Shown here: positions 31,305 through 32,000 of the stretch, piece by piece
Layout of the letters: the number at the start of each line of letters is the position of its first letter
How positions within the stretch are numbered: the stretch's first letter is position 1
Source of the DNA: Candidatus Methanophagaceae archaeon
GTDB taxonomy: Archaea > Halobacteriota > Syntropharchaeia > Alkanophagales > Methanospirareceae
Direction: 5' to 3'
DNA length: 32,000 bases
Assembly: GCA_003194425.1 (NCBI GenBank)
Contig: PQXB01000001.1
Coordinates: 820,444-852,443, forward strand
Program-made: the position numbers and the translations under genes
Notes under the pieces: model-generated
Told to the model about the DNA's origin: nothing
The model's database searches: none
What the model saw: the letters and a program-made list of their open reading frames with translations, nothing else

Positions 31305-32000
31305 TCCGACAAATCCCGTCGCGTTATAATTCCCACGAACTCGCCACTCACCGCGTCCCTCACTGCCAAGACCTTCCGCCTGCTTTTCATCATCTTTTTC
31401 AACGCCACTGCCGCTGCCTCTTCCGCAAACACGAATTCTTCAACGCTCTCGAACGCAGCACCGCCACCTCTTTCTGCACGAGCCACGACATCCAAAGCCG
31501 TTAAATGCTGCTCGGGTCTCACTTTTTTTATGTCCTCCCAAGTCACGAACCCTCGTAATTCGCCGCCTTCGCTTACCACCGCGAACTCAACAGTCCTCTC
31601 CTCGAGCATCTTTTTCGCAACCTCCGCAACCGTCGCCCCCTCCGGCACGCTCGTTCTCTCGGTCCTCATCACATCCCGCACCTTCACGCCCTCCAACGCC
31701 GCGAAAGTTGCGGTTGCGTTCTCCTCCTCGGTCGCCGCGATGAAGAGGAAAACGGCGAGCAGCGGAAACCAGAAATTCCCAGACACCACCTCGCCACGCA
31801 AGAAAAATGTAATCGGGTCTGCGAGGAAACCGCCAACCGCCATCACGACCGCGAATATTTTTCCGACCAGCACCGCCCGCTTCGTCGCCTTTAGAAACGG
31901 CATTCGCGTCGCGAGGAACGCCCTGAAGACCCGCCCACCGTCCAGCGGGAACGCAGGCACCAAGTTGAAGACGCCCAGCCCTACATTGAGAAACCCGAGA
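31283..32000 (-). CDS. M50-family site-2 protease with a CBS-domain pair (partial; N-terminus beyond the window)
   Basis: ...GFLNVGLGVFNLVPAFPLDGGRVFRA is the M50 NxxPxxxLDG motif. The frame stays open to position 32000. TM segments are followed by two CBS-like repeats (VRDVM...VVSEGGELRGFVT; ...LAVRDAVSGEFVGIITRRDL). Confidence 0.85.
   Translation of the reverse strand, partial: LGFLNVGLGVFNLVPAFPLDGGRVFRAFLATRMPFLKATKRAVLVGKIFAVVMAVGGFLADPITFFLRGEVVSGNFWFPLLAVFLFIAATEEENATATFAALEGVKVRDVMRTERTSVPEGATVAEVAKKMLEERTVEFAVVSEGGELRGFVTWEDIKKVRPEQHLTALDVVARAERGGGAAFESVEEFVFAEEAAAVALKKMMKSRRKVLAVRDAVSGEFVGIITRRDLSDYIEMLR

Noticed and set aside
1-32000. tRNA, rRNA or other structured RNA genes in the intergenic gaps (5373-5447, 5879-5965, 9451-9541, 23504-23565, 25044-25174, 29638-29732)
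   Set aside because: The gaps are short, and I could not fold any into a cloverleaf or find conserved rRNA or tRNA boxes by eye. A tRNAscan/Infernal run would be needed to exclude small ncRNAs.

Overview
Archaeal chromosome segment. The evidence is RNase P protein subunits Rpp30 and Pop5 and thermophile-style E/K/R-rich proteins; an Archaeoglobus-like origin is only my unverified guess. Positions 1-29628 form one minus-strand surface-glycan (N-glycan, EPS or LPS-like) biosynthesis island. It encodes an AsnB-like amidotransferase, a Wzx-type flippase, WecC, WecB, five GT4 and two GT2 glycosyltransferases plus a GT4 fragment, an SDR epimerase, a PIG-L deacetylase, a DegT aminotransferase, three SAM methyltransferases, a CDP-alcohol phosphatidyltransferase, a B12-radical-SAM enzyme and a 759-aa polytopic membrane protein. 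It also holds two paralogous P-loop-kinase + nucleotidyltransferase modules, one fused and one split. Many neighbouring genes are linked by ATGA/GTGA stop-start overlaps. The right flank (29.7-32 kb) is visibly GC-richer housekeeping DNA: a small Cys-rich protein, rnp3-rnp2 and an M50/CBS protease. Three things stand out. (1) At least seven island genes are disrupted, two of them by perfect, non-microsatellite tandem duplications: 28 bp in the flippase and 16 bp in wecB. Precise loss of one copy would restore each gene, so these are candidate reversible switches. (2) The island is a compositional mosaic (AT-rich versus GC-richer blocks, judged by eye). It is punctuated by toxin-antitoxin modules and TA relics, including an MNT-HEPN cassette bracketed by 68/83-bp direct repeats that duplicate the 5' end of the neighbouring aminotransferase gene. 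(3) An uncharacterised kinase-nucleotidyltransferase module is present twice. Purine-rich in-frame tandem repeats (9, 15 and 18 bp) and a 15-bp tandem array abutting the rnp3 start codon are also present. I recognised no rRNA, tRNA, CRISPR array, transposase or integrase. All homology calls come from motif recognition by eye; no searches were run.
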